64,000 nucleotides of DNA from Candidatus Terraquivivens ruidianensis (GCA_023267885.1 JALNLB010000002.1:44334-108333); one strand, 5' to 3'; counted from the first letter of the stretch, positions 1 through 9,947 are shown. Made by a program: numbers and translations. The notes: generated by a model from the letters alone, not told the origin.

Positions 1-231
1 TATTCGAGTTGGCTCACTTTGCTCACCGACCGAGCTTTACGTTCTTTTGGTTAGATAATTGTATATAAACATTTTCTTGTCGAATTGGAAAGGGATTAGT
101 TCGCTTCCTCCGAAAAAATTTCCTCGTAAGTGAACTAACCCACAGTCAACTTCGGAAAAGTGCGACCATGGTACCATGGGACTATACTTTAAGGGAAAAA
201 TTCTCGCTAGCATGAACCTAACCGAAAATGC

Positions 232-242
232 TTAAATTTATA
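232..242 (+). promoter_or_regulatory. TATA-like box for leuB-like gene
   Basis: TTAAATTTATA is centred about 25 nt upstream of ATG 262. This fits archaeal TATA(-26) geometry for a leaderless mRNA. Confidence 0.45.
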
Positions 243-261
243 GGAAAAAGTGAGGCAGAAC

Positions 262-1290
262 ATGGCGTATGTCATAAGCGTGATACCCGGCGACGGTATA
301 GGTCCAGTTATCGTAAGGTCGGCAAGGAAGGTATTGGAGGCCGTCTCCGAGGCTTATGGCTTTAAGCTGAGCTTCGTGGAGGCTTTAGCTGGCGATTCGG
401 CTAAGAGGGATTTCGGCGAGCCCTTACCGAAGGACTCGCTCGATAAGATAGTTTCTTCTGATGCGTGTTTGAAGGGCCCCGTCGGTGAGACGGCAAAGGA
501 CGTGGTAGTATTCCTTAGGCAGAAGTTAGACCTTTATGCCAACATAAGACCCTTCAAGACGCTCCCGGGTGTGAGCTCTAAGTGGAAGGATGTAGACCTA
601 GTTATAGTCAGGGAAAATACAGAAGATTTGTACAAATGCGTCGAGGATGTCGGCGAGGAGTATGCCGTCGCTTTGATGGTGTTAACCAAGAAGGCGTGCA
701 CGAGGATAGCGAAGGTTGCGTTCCAGATGGCTGAGGTCAGGAGGAAAAAGGTGACAGTCGTCCATAAAATAAACGTGTTGAGAAGCTTTGAGCTCTTCAG
801 AACGGCAGCGCTCGGGGTCGCGAGGTCTTATCCATCCGTGACCGTAGAGGAGATGCTCGTCGACAATATGGCGTATCAGCTCGTGCTTAATCCGCAGAAG
901 TTCGATGTAATACTCACGACGAACATGTTCGGCGACATACTGAGCGACGAGGCGGCCGGCATAGTCGGTAGCTTGGGCTTAGCCTACTCGGCCAATGTAG
1001 GAGACAATTTTGGTCTGTTTGAGCCAGTACACGGAACGGCACCCGACATAGACCCATCCTACGCAAACCCTCTGGCCCAAGTCATGGCGTCGAAGATGAT
1101 GCTGGAGTGGCTCGGTAGGACGAAGGGCAACGCAGCCATGCTGGAAGCAGCAAAAGGCTTAGAGGGTGCTGTGCTCTCCTTGCTACGAAGCTCAGAGAAC
1201 CTGACGCCTGACTTAGGCGGCAAGGCAACTACAGAAAACTTAACTAAGAAACTCGTTAATGTCTTGCTGAAAGGAAAAAGCACGTCATGA
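262..1290 (+). CDS. leuB: 3-isopropylmalate dehydrogenase family (isocitrate/isopropylmalate/homoisocitrate dehydrogenase)
   Basis: Family motifs are IPGDGIGP at the N-terminus, then [20 protein letters not shown] and [13 protein letters not shown] 262 is preferred over GTG 250 on promoter geometry. Homoisocitrate dehydrogenase specificity cannot be excluded. Confidence 0.8.
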   Translation: MAYVISVIPGDGIGPVIVRSARKVLEAVSEAYGFKLSFVEALAGDSAKRDFGEPLPKDSLDKIVSSDACLKGPVGETAKDVVVFLRQKLDLYANIRPFKTLPGVSSKWKDVDLVIVRENTEDLYKCVEDVGEEYAVALMVLTKKACTRIAKVAFQMAEVRRKKVTVVHKINVLRSFELFRTAALGVARSYPSVTVEEMLVDNMAYQLVLNPQKFDVILTTNMFGDILSDEAAGIVGSLGLAYSANVGDNFGLFEPVHGTAPDIDPSYANPLAQVMASKMMLEWLGRTKGNAAMLEAAKGLEGAVLSLLRSSENLTPDLGGKATTENLTKKLVNVLLKGKSTS

Positions 1291-1860
1291 TATTGTATCG
1301 TATATTAACAATTTTTTCTCTTCCAGTTTTTCCTTCAACTTCTGCACGGCCTCGTAGACCTCGCGCTCGTACTTGGCACCGGTACAGACGAGCTTACCGC
1401 TGGCGAACATGAGTATGACTACCTTAGGCTGCTCCATCCTGTATATCAGGCCGGGGAACTGCTCTGGCTCGTACATAACGTTCTCCAATTCTGCAGCAGC
1501 CTTCTCCAAGTCTATCCTGCCATGGAGGTCGACGCTTGCCACTATGTTCTGTATCTCTATCTGCGGCTCCTCCTTGATCAAGAAGCCCTCCTTCTTCAGA
1601 AGCTTAACGACCGTCTTGACGGCCTTGATGGACTCCTCCTCGCTCTCCGCTCCGGTGCAGACCATCTTACCGCTGCTGAATATCAGCGTGGCGGTCTTCG
1701 GCTTCTGAAGCCTGAACACGAGACCAGGGAACTGGGCCGGCTTGTACTCCACGTCCGGGAAGCTCCTCTGTATTTGGGACAGGTCAAGCCTCTGGAACAA
1801 CGTCACGCTGGCCACAACGTTTTCTATCTTCACAGTTGGTTCGGGTCCCTTTAACATCAT
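1285..1860 (-). CDS. tbp: TATA-box binding protein
   Basis: Two TBP repeats are present: [25 protein letters not shown] and [25 protein letters not shown]. Confidence 0.95.
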   Translation of the reverse strand: MMLKGPEPTVKIENVVASVTLFQRLDLSQIQRSFPDVEYKPAQFPGLVFRLQKPKTATLIFSSGKMVCTGAESEEESIKAVKTVVKLLKKEGFLIKEEPQIEIQNIVASVDLHGRIDLEKAAAELENVMYEPEQFPGLIYRMEQPKVVILMFASGKLVCTGAKYEREVYEAVQKLKEKLEEKKLLIYDTIS

Positions 1861-1891
1861 GGTTCTCCGTAGGTTATTATTTAAATACTAT

Positions 1892-2644
1892 TTAAAAGTT
1901 CGGCTTATAAGTGTTTACTATATCTTTTTTAACAGATTCCATGATACCCTTCCAGTAATCCGACGGGAACGGGCTTAAATTCAGGCCGAATTCCGCCTCA
2001 AACTCCTTTATAAGGGCCTCCTTCACGGCCTCCATACTTGGAGACCTTTCCAACAGCTCCTCGATTGAAGTCATCACCTCAGGTTGCATGCCGCATGGTC
2101 TTATGCGTCTGAAATAACTCATGTCTGGGTTTACGTTTAAGGCAAAGCCGTGGAAGGTGACCCAGTTCCTGACGGCCACACCTATCGACGCTATCTTCTT
2201 TTCGCCGACCCAGACGCCCGGATAGCCTTCCTTGATGCCTGCCTCGACGCTGAACCTACGCAAGGTCTTGGTCAGAACGTTCTCCAGCTTGCGGACATAC
2301 TGCTTGACTCCCAAACCCATGGCGCTCAAGTCTAATATCGGATAGCCGACGAGCTGACCGGGACCGTGGTAAGTAACACCACCACCTCTTTCGACCCTGA
2401 ACACTGGCGCTCTTACCTCGATTATGTCGTCTACCGAGCCTCTCCTGCCTAACGTGAACACGTGGTCATGCTCCACGAGTACCAGAGTATCCGGAATCGT
2501 GGAAGAGGACCTTAGCTCTACAAGCTTAAGCTGAAACTTCCAAACAGGCTCGTATTTGTAGAGACCAAGGTCAACGAGTAAGCCTTTCTTCCCCATAAGC
2601 CCGCACCGTCCCCTCAGCGCCGAGTATGTTGATTCTTTAGACAT
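1892..2644 (-). CDS. lipB: Octanoyl/lipoyl transferase LipB
   Basis: Motifs HDHVFTLGRRG, RGGGVTYHGPGQLVGYP and GEKKIASIGV. The ATG overlaps the lpd stop (AATGTCTAA). An alternative start is M17 at 2596. Confidence 0.88.
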   Translation of the reverse strand: MSKESTYSALRGRCGLMGKKGLLVDLGLYKYEPVWKFQLKLVELRSSSTIPDTLVLVEHDHVFTLGRRGSVDDIIEVRAPVFRVERGGGVTYHGPGQLVGYPILDLSAMGLGVKQYVRKLENVLTKTLRRFSVEAGIKEGYPGVWVGEKKIASIGVAVRNWVTFHGFALNVNPDMSYFRRIRPCGMQPEVMTSIEELLERSPSMEAVKEALIKEFEAEFGLNLSPFPSDYWKGIMESVKKDIVNTYKPNF

Positions 2645-4040
2645 TTAGTATATGTATCGCTTTCTTATTCACGGCGCTCGCGGCCTCCCCTATCGCCTCT
2701 GAAAACGTCGGATGGGGATGGATCACGTTATCCAAGTCCTCGACAGTTATGCCCATGGATATCGCGAGGGCCGCTTCACCAATGAGGTCCGTAGCTCCAT
2801 GTCCAACTATCTGAACGCCAAGAACCTTGCCGCTGGACTTATCCGCCACAACCTTCACGAACCCTTCGGTATCGCCCGATGCACTCGCCCTTCCCAAAGC
2901 CGTGAACGGAAACTTACCGACAGACGTGTCTATGCCAGATACCCTCGCTTCCTCTTCTGACATACCTGCAATCGCGACCTCAGGGTCCGTGAACAGCGCG
3001 AGAGGTACTGGTGGAAATTTGAGGGAGGTTTTCCGACCAGCCATGGTCTCGGCAGCTATCAAGCCTTGCTTCGATGCTCTATGGGCAAGGAATGGGGGGC
3101 CAGTAACGTCGCCAGCTGCGAATACGCTATCCACGGAAGTCTTCATGCTAGAGTCAACAAGTACGAAGCCCTTCTTATCTAGCTCCACACCAAGTTCTGC
3201 TAACTTACCATTCTGGTATGGTGCTTTCTTGCCGACGGCTACGAGTACGCACTCCGCATCGATTGTCAGTGTCTCACCATTTCTGACAACATCTGCCGAG
3301 ACATGCCCTTCACCGTGCCTGTACGCCGACACGTAGGAGTTTGTGTATGCTTCGATGCCAAACCTTTTCAGGTTCCTATGCACGAGCGTGACCACATCTT
3401 TACTGATTCCAGGGAGCAGCTGGTCCATTATCTCGACCACGCTGACCTTCGTGCCCAGCTTCGCAAAAGCCGTCCCTAACTCGAGACCTATCGCTCCGCC
3501 GCCGACTACTAGCATGCTCTTGGGTACAGTTTCCAAGTCGAGTAAGTCCTTTGGTCTGAGTATGCGCTTGCCATCGTATGGCATGGTTGGAAGGCCTGCA
3601 TCGTCAGCACCCACTGCCCAAAGTACGCTCTCGGTTTTAATCGTCGCATCAGAACCTTCCATTCTAACCACGACCTCCTTAGGTGACTTCAACTCCGCGA
3701 AACCTTTGACTGCCTGAACGCCGTTTCCCTTAAGCAGGTAGGCTATGCCGTCCCTCAGCTTCGTGACTACTTTCCTCTTCCACTCTTGTGTCTGCTTCAG
3801 CTCCATAGATAGTCCTTGAAACTTTATACCAAATTTCTCAAGCTTTCCAGCTTTCCAATAAAGGTCGGCCACAGCTATGAGAGCCTTCGAAGGTATGCAG
3901 CCGTAATTGAGGCACTCACCACCTAAGTTGTCCTTTTCTACCAAAACGGTCTTTTTGTGTAGCTGGCTGAGTCTTATCGCCGCAACGTAGCCAGCGGGAC
4001 CTCCACCTATGACCACCACATCAGCCTCCATAAGAATCAC
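2637..4040 (-). CDS. lpd: Dihydrolipoyl dehydrogenase (E3)
   Basis: FAD fingerprint VVIGGGPAGY, redox disulfide CLNYGCIPSK, NAD fingerprint VVGGGAIGLE and C-terminal HPHPTFSE. Confidence 0.9.
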   Translation of the reverse strand: MILMEADVVVIGGGPAGYVAAIRLSQLHKKTVLVEKDNLGGECLNYGCIPSKALIAVADLYWKAGKLEKFGIKFQGLSMELKQTQEWKRKVVTKLRDGIAYLLKGNGVQAVKGFAELKSPKEVVVRMEGSDATIKTESVLWAVGADDAGLPTMPYDGKRILRPKDLLDLETVPKSMLVVGGGAIGLELGTAFAKLGTKVSVVEIMDQLLPGISKDVVTLVHRNLKRFGIEAYTNSYVSAYRHGEGHVSADVVRNGETLTIDAECVLVAVGKKAPYQNGKLAELGVELDKKGFVLVDSSMKTSVDSVFAAGDVTGPPFLAHRASKQGLIAAETMAGRKTSLKFPPVPLALFTDPEVAIAGMSEEEARVSGIDTSVGKFPFTALGRASASGDTEGFVKVVADKSSGKVLGVQIVGHGATDLIGEAALAISMGITVEDLDNVIHPHPTFSEAIGEAASAVNKKAIHILNV

Positions 4041-4917
4041 CTGCCAAGACCTTTTGGAAGAGCTCTGCGGCCATGTAAGAACTTCTTACGAGGGGGGCAG
4101 AGGCTACGCCCTTGAAGCCCAGCGAGAGGGCAACGTCCCTAAGCCTGTCGAAAGTTTCAGGACGAACGTACTCGACCACTGGTGCATGTCGCTTAGTAGG
4201 CCTGAGGTACTGCCCCAGAGTTAGGATGTCGACCCCAACAGACCTTAGGCCCACCATGGCCTCCATGATTTCCTGCTCGCTCTCGCCGAGGCCGAGCATC
4301 AAGGACGACTTAGTGTATATGCTGTTGTCCAGCTCTTTGATGGTCTTTAGAACGTTCAGAGATAGATGGTAATTCGCCCTTCTATCCCTGATGACGGGCG
4401 TCAGCCTTTTGACCGTCTCCAGATTGTGGCCTATGACGTCGGGCTTCGAGTGAACTACTATTTCGATTGCTTTTCTGTCTCCCCTAAAATCGGGTATGAG
4501 TGCCTCAACCCTCGCCTTCGGTCTCGTCCTCTTAATCGCTTTGACGGCATCGGCGAATATCCCAGCACCTCCGTCTTGTAAGTCATCCCTGCAGACAGAA
4601 GTTAGAACGACGTAATCCAGACCCAGCTCGCTCACGGCCATCGCTACCCTCTCTGGCTCGGTTTTATCAACAAACCCCATCGGGTTTCCTGCCTTGACTG
4701 CACAGAACCTGCACGAGCGCGTGCACACGTCGCCCAACAACATTATCGTTGCGGTCCCGCAACCCCAGCAGTCTGCGACGTTAGGACAGAGCGCCTCCTC
4801 GCATACAGTACTAAGACCTTTGCTCCTTAAAACGTGCCTTACGCGGTTGTAAAGGGGGCCTGAGGGTATCTTAGCCCTTATCCATCTGGGCTTGCCTTCT
4901 ACTTGCATTCTTCTCAT
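4021..4917 (-). CDS. lipA: Lipoyl synthase LipA (radical SAM)
   Basis: Auxiliary cluster motif CEEALCPNVADC and radical-SAM motif CTRSCRFC. The gene overlaps the lpd start. Confidence 0.95.
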   Translation of the reverse strand: MRRMQVEGKPRWIRAKIPSGPLYNRVRHVLRSKGLSTVCEEALCPNVADCWGCGTATIMLLGDVCTRSCRFCAVKAGNPMGFVDKTEPERVAMAVSELGLDYVVLTSVCRDDLQDGGAGIFADAVKAIKRTRPKARVEALIPDFRGDRKAIEIVVHSKPDVIGHNLETVKRLTPVIRDRRANYHLSLNVLKTIKELDNSIYTKSSLMLGLGESEQEIMEAMVGLRSVGVDILTLGQYLRPTKRHAPVVEYVRPETFDRLRDVALSLGFKGVASAPLVRSSYMAAELFQKVLAGDSYGG

Positions 4918-5047
4918 AATCCATGATCTCGCATTATTAATACTTAGCTCGTGAAAGTTCCCTTGTCTTGCACTACGGTTAAACTTATATGTATTTATGT
5001 ATGGTTTTTGGCCAAGTCCGCTGAGGTCGTGTCAGAGGTACGTATCC

Positions 5048-5476
5048 ATGCTCTATGAGAGGTCCGCGGGAGCCGTTGTGTTTTACTATGAGGACAAACA
5101 TATCAAATATCTACTCTTACTTTACGGTGCTGGACATTGGGATTTTCCGAAGGGGAACATAGAGAAAGATGAGGAAGAGATTGAGACCGTGAGGAGGGAA
5201 ATTTTTGAGGAGACAGGTATAAAAAACCTTGCGTTTATACCTAACTTTAAGCACGAGATAAGGTACTTTTACAAGAAAAAGGGCGGGCTCGTTCACAAAG
5301 AGGTCGTATTCTACTTGGTCAGGTCTTATGAGAAGGAGGTCACGCTATCCAGTGAACATAAGGACTATGTATGGTTAGATTATGAGGGGGCCCTGAGAAG
5401 GCTCACGTACAAGACTGCAAAGGATACGTTGATTAAGGCTCACAATTTCCTCATGTCTATGGATGAACGTCTATAA
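5048..5476 (+). CDS. NUDIX hydrolase
   Basis: Nudix box GHWDFPKGNIEKDEEEIETVRREIFEETGI. The start is taken at the internal ATG 5048 (MLYERSAGAVVF), and the upstream extension looks non-coding. Confidence 0.85.
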   Translation: MLYERSAGAVVFYYEDKHIKYLLLLYGAGHWDFPKGNIEKDEEEIETVRREIFEETGIKNLAFIPNFKHEIRYFYKKKGGLVHKEVVFYLVRSYEKEVTLSSEHKDYVWLDYEGALRRLTYKTAKDTLIKAHNFLMSMDERL

Positions 5477-5535
5477 AATATTATTAACCACTACATTTTT
5501 GAAAGCATGAGGTTAATTCCTTAAGGGGATGGTCT

Positions 5536-7257
5536 TTGAAAAAGCTGGCTTTGCTGGTCCTCCTAATCTTGCTTGTCATCTCCTTAGTGCCAACGATTCA
5601 TGCACAGCAAAACCTTTACGTCCACGTGGTGGATGCCGATGGTAGGCCGAGGGGCAACGTTGAGGTCAGGGTTATCAGAGAAGGGTTCAGTCGCATCTTC
5701 ATAACGAACAGCACGGGTCATGCCGTATTCGTAGATTTGACAAGCGGCACGTATACCGTTGAAGCAATAATCAGGGATGTCGTGGTGGCACAAAAGGTTG
5801 TAGAGTTTCCGAGAGAATCGACAGTAGATCTCGTCCTTGCGATATCGTCCCTTGATGTAATCGTTCGAGATACAAAAGGAAATCCGGTTCAGGGTATAAC
5901 GGTACGCATAAGGGATTCTGGTGGTCGCGTTAGCTTAAGCGAAGCTACCGATGATTTGGGTAGTGTAGCGTTCGCCGATTTACCCTACTCTTCACTCGAG
6001 GGCATAGGCAATTATACGGCAGAGGCTTTCGTGGACGGCATATCCGTTGCGATGTCGCAGTTCTCCGTACCGCAACAAACGCTGGTCAATCTCTCGGCGA
6101 AACTCGTGAACTTGAATGTCACGGTGACGAATATGGAGGGCAAAAGGGTCCAACAGGTAGACGTAACGATAAGGTCCGGGAACTTTAGCAGGAGCCTCAC
6201 GGGAGCTGAGGGGTTCGTATCGTTCCAAAACATCCCATCGTCGGACTTGCTGCCTACGAATTCCTACACTATAGAGGTTACGAGAACGGTCCTCACGACT
6301 CCGATAACCATATACAAGGAAAACAGAAGCGTTCCCCACGATATGGCTCTGGACTTGATCGCGAACTTAGGCACGTTGAAGCTCAAGGTCGTGGATGAGG
6401 ATGGAAAGCCTATTGAGGGCATGAGCGTGATGATAAGTCACGGGCTTCTTGCTAACTTTACCGTTTTGGAGACTGGTGCAGACGGTATTGCCACACTCTT
6501 TAACGCGCCCTTCTCGACACCACCGAGCAACGCAGGCGATTACACCCTAATGCTATTCAGGGGCAAGTCATACGTAGGAAAGCTCGTTACTAAGATGATG
6601 TCAGCCCTTGTCGAAGAAACGTTCGTCATGAAACTTTCTAGGACGGTGCTTGTGATAACGGATTATGGCGGTACGCCGCTTGCCGGCGTGTCGCTGAAGG
6701 CTAAAGACGTTATCTCGGGCGCTGAATATGAAGGAACCACTGAAGATGACGGAAGCGCAGAGCTGAGAATTTTGCCTGGTCCTCATGAGGTTGTATTCAG
6801 CTACATGGGAAGAACGGTACGTTCCAGCATCATGAATTTGGGCGAGGGCACTATCGACGTAAGGCTGAGCTCCGTCAACTATCCCGTGACAGTTTCCATA
6901 GTTGACTCGCTCGGTACTTCGATAGGCGGTCTAAAGCTCCAGATGAGCTTTGACGGTAAAAACGTGTTCGACGATGTCGTTGATAGGGAGGGCGTAAAGT
7001 TGACCCTGCCATATCCCGGTGAGCTTGTCGTCTCTGTGTTCATGGAGGGGAGCCTCCTACAAAAACGCGTTTTCTCGTTAACAGGCCCCGAGGAGCTCAG
7101 GATAAGGATGAGCGACAAGGTCAACATAGGCGGGTTACTGGTAGATGCCGCGCCCATAGTTCAAGCCTTAACGCTCGCGGCCCTCGTCGCATCTTTGCTA
7201 GGTCTTTCGTACGTAGTGTTCAGCTGGCTGAGAGGCAAGACTCGGAAAGAGGCTTAG
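5536..7257 (+). CDS. Secreted, C-terminally membrane-anchored surface protein with six tandem carboxypeptidase-regulatory-like (transthyretin-like) beta-sandwich repeats
   Basis: Signal peptide MKKLALLVLLILLVISLVPTIHAQQ. Six repeats of about 85-90 aa each open with an L.V.V.D..G.P motif. Many N-x-S/T sequons are present. The C-terminal TM is LTLAALVASLLGLSYVVFSWL, followed by RGKTRKE. The start codon is TTG. Confidence 0.7.
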   Translation: MKKLALLVLLILLVISLVPTIHAQQNLYVHVVDADGRPRGNVEVRVIREGFSRIFITNSTGHAVFVDLTSGTYTVEAIIRDVVVAQKVVEFPRESTVDLVLAISSLDVIVRDTKGNPVQGITVRIRDSGGRVSLSEATDDLGSVAFADLPYSSLEGIGNYTAEAFVDGISVAMSQFSVPQQTLVNLSAKLVNLNVTVTNMEGKRVQQVDVTIRSGNFSRSLTGAEGFVSFQNIPSSDLLPTNSYTIEVTRTVLTTPITIYKENRSVPHDMALDLIANLGTLKLKVVDEDGKPIEGMSVMISHGLLANFTVLETGADGIATLFNAPFSTPPSNAGDYTLMLFRGKSYVGKLVTKMMSALVEETFVMKLSRTVLVITDYGGTPLAGVSLKAKDVISGAEYEGTTEDDGSAELRILPGPHEVVFSYMGRTVRSSIMNLGEGTIDVRLSSVNYPVTVSIVDSLGTSIGGLKLQMSFDGKNVFDDVVDREGVKLTLPYPGELVVSVFMEGSLLQKRVFSLTGPEELRIRMSDKVNIGGLLVDAAPIVQALTLAALVASLLGLSYVVFSWLRGKTRKEA

Positions 7258-7325
7258 TTCTTCAGCAATACGCTGGAAGCTTGTTTGGAAACGTTATTAA
7301 GCCTGTGCTGTAAATTATTCCTACC

Positions 7326-9857
7326 GTGGCTCAAGGAATTTGTGAAACGCGTCAGACGTCTTTAGAAGATTGGGTGAGAGCTGTAGGAAAGACGCTATAT
7401 CTGCTATCGTCGGCCTACGATGGCCAAGCGGGCAAAGCTTACCTTAAGATGCTTAACCCAGAAAAGGAAGAGGTGCTTATTCTTTACGATGAAAGCGGCC
7501 ATAAGCCGTACTGCTACTCAAAGCTGAGCATAGATGAGCTCTCCAATAATCAGGAGCTGAGGGTTAGAGGAGCCGTAGGGTTTGTGAATGAAAAGAAGTA
7601 CGACCTTTTACACGACCAAGAGATAACGCTGGTGAAGATCATCGCTAATGACCCACTGGCCGTGGGAGGGAGGGCTAACTCGATCAGGGAGCTCATTACA
7701 GCATGGGAGGCTGATATACCTTATCACCTCTGTTACCTCTACGACAAAGGCTTGATACCAGGCATGCCGTACACGGTTACCGACGGAAAGCTTACGATGG
7801 TAACGGCTAGCGACGAAACAGTTAACCAAATAATGGCCAAACAGTTTACCAGCGTAAGGGATGAAGACACGGATGAGGTTCGCAGGTGGCTCTCGATTCT
7901 GGAGGCGCAATACCCGAAGATAAAGCACGTTTCCCTAGACATAGAGGTCTTGGCACCAGTAACTACTAGGGTTCCCTCACCAACGAAGGCTGAAGACCCT
8001 GTCGTGGCAATCTCGTTCGTCGGCTCTGATGGTTTTAGAGCTGTCTTTTTGTTAAAGAAGGAAGGCTCTGTAGGCAACCCACATCATGAAGGCTTCGGAG
8101 TAAAGCTTTTCGAGGATGAAAAGGCGATGCTGGAAGAGGCATTCGGTATAATAGGCTCATACCCCTTAGTTGCCACGTTTAACGGTGACGATTTTGACCT
8201 GCCGTACTTGAGGAATAGGGGCGATAGGCTTGGCATACCCAAGGAGAAAAACCCAATAGTAATTAGCCGAGAGGGCGCAACGTTACGTAAAGGAATACAT
8301 GTGGACCTATACAGGTTGTTCTTGAACAAGTCCATACAGGTATACGCATTTGACAACAAATATCGGGAGAACACGCTGGAAGCCATAGCGAGGGCTCTGG
8401 TGGGAAAGGGCAAGGTGGAGATAGAGAAGCCGATAAGCGAGCTGAGCTTAGAGGAGTTAGCGAGATACAGTTTCTGGGATGCTGCGCTGGTCCACGAGTT
8501 GCTGACAGCCAACGACTCGCTGCTGATTAAGTTGCTCATAATCTTGGCAAGGATAGGCAGGATGCCCATCGAGGACGTATGTAGGCATGGAGTTTCGGGC
8601 TGGATAAAGAGCCTGCTCTACTTCGAGCACAGGAGGAGAGGTTACCTGATACCGAGGCAAGACGAGCTGCTCCAAGAAAAGGGAGCGACTACGACGAAGG
8701 CCGTCATCGAGGGCAAGAAGTACAGGGGCGCCTTGGTTGCTGAGCCGATGGCGGGTGTGCACTTTGGGGTCACGGTCTTAGACTTCGCTAGCCTTTACCC
8801 TTCAGCCCTTAAGGAGTGGAACCTGAGCTACGAGACGGTAAGGTGCGTCCACGATGAGTGTAGGGATAACATCATCCCAGAGACTGGCCACTGGGTTTGC
8901 AAGAAGAGGCGTGGGCTCCAGAGCCTCCTGATAGGGGCGTTAAGGGACATAAGAATTAACTGGTATAAGCCTAAGAGCAGCGACAAGACGCTCAGACCAG
9001 AGGTAAGGAGCTGGTATGAGGTCGTCCAGCGTGCCCTGAAAGTCTTGCTTAATGCCAGCTACGGCGTATTTGGCTTCTCCAACTTCCAGCTATATTGCCC
9101 ACCCGTGGCCGAGAGCACGGCGGCGATAGGAAGGCATGCGTTCACTAGAACCTTGAAGAAGGCTAAGGAGTTAGGAATCCATGTCGTCTACGGCGACACG
9201 GACTCTCTGTTCTTGAAGACAGACGACCCTAAGCTTATAGAAGAGCTCATCTCTTGGGCAAAGAATACGCTAAGGCTGGACCTCGAGGTTGACAAGGTTT
9301 ACAGGTACGTGGTCTTCTCCACGAGGAAAAAGAACTATCTCGGCGTGACGACGAAAGAGGTCGTGGACGTCAAGGGCCTGACTGGAAAGAAGAGGCATAT
9401 ACCGATATTCATAAAGGAGGCATTCGACATGATGCTGGAAGAGTTCAAAAAGGTACAGAGCGAAGAGGATTTCGAGCAGGCGAGAGAGAATCTTCAGAAT
9501 CTTTTGAGGGCTTGGTACTACAGGCTAAAAAACGGACAGTTCGAGTTAAAGGACCTGGCTTTCAGGGTCATGCTTTCTAGGATGCCCGAGAAGTACACGA
9601 AGACGACGCCTCAGCATGTGAAGGCTGCGAAGAAGTTAGAGGCCGTTGGTGTACAGCTGTCGGCCGGAGACATAATAAGCTTCGTTAAGACCAAGGATAA
9701 AGACGGCGTCAGGCCACTTCAGCTCGCGAGACCAGATCAAGTCGATGTTGATAAGTACATTGACTACATGAGGTCAACTTTCGAGCAGGTTCTGGACGCG
9801 CTGGGCATAGACTTCGATAAGATGGTTGGTGTCAGTAGTTTAGAGAGCTTTATGTAA
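7326..9857 (+). CDS. polB: DNA polymerase, family B
   Basis: Exonuclease motifs are SLDIEV and FNGDDFDLPYL. Polymerase motifs are LDFASLYPS, KVLLNASYGVFG and YGDTDSLF. The ORF is uninterrupted, so no intein is evident. The start codon is GTG. Confidence 0.95.
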   Translation: MAQGICETRQTSLEDWVRAVGKTLYLLSSAYDGQAGKAYLKMLNPEKEEVLILYDESGHKPYCYSKLSIDELSNNQELRVRGAVGFVNEKKYDLLHDQEITLVKIIANDPLAVGGRANSIRELITAWEADIPYHLCYLYDKGLIPGMPYTVTDGKLTMVTASDETVNQIMAKQFTSVRDEDTDEVRRWLSILEAQYPKIKHVSLDIEVLAPVTTRVPSPTKAEDPVVAISFVGSDGFRAVFLLKKEGSVGNPHHEGFGVKLFEDEKAMLEEAFGIIGSYPLVATFNGDDFDLPYLRNRGDRLGIPKEKNPIVISREGATLRKGIHVDLYRLFLNKSIQVYAFDNKYRENTLEAIARALVGKGKVEIEKPISELSLEELARYSFWDAALVHELLTANDSLLIKLLIILARIGRMPIEDVCRHGVSGWIKSLLYFEHRRRGYLIPRQDELLQEKGATTTKAVIEGKKYRGALVAEPMAGVHFGVTVLDFASLYPSALKEWNLSYETVRCVHDECRDNIIPETGHWVCKKRRGLQSLLIGALRDIRINWYKPKSSDKTLRPEVRSWYEVVQRALKVLLNASYGVFGFSNFQLYCPPVAESTAAIGRHAFTRTLKKAKELGIHVVYGDTDSLFLKTDDPKLIEELISWAKNTLRLDLEVDKVYRYVVFSTRKKNYLGVTTKEVVDVKGLTGKKRHIPIFIKEAFDMMLEEFKKVQSEEDFEQARENLQNLLRAWYYRLKNGQFELKDLAFRVMLSRMPEKYTKTTPQHVKAAKKLEAVGVQLSAGDIISFVKTKDKDGVRPLQLARPDQVDVDKYIDYMRSTFEQVLDALGIDFDKMVGVSSLESFM

Positions 9858-9947
9858 CACGATAAGCATTTGACGTTGCCCGTAAGTTCAAAACGTTAGC
9901 TTTTAATCTAAGGTTGCAACTATTGATGGAATTGGGGTAGACAGTAT

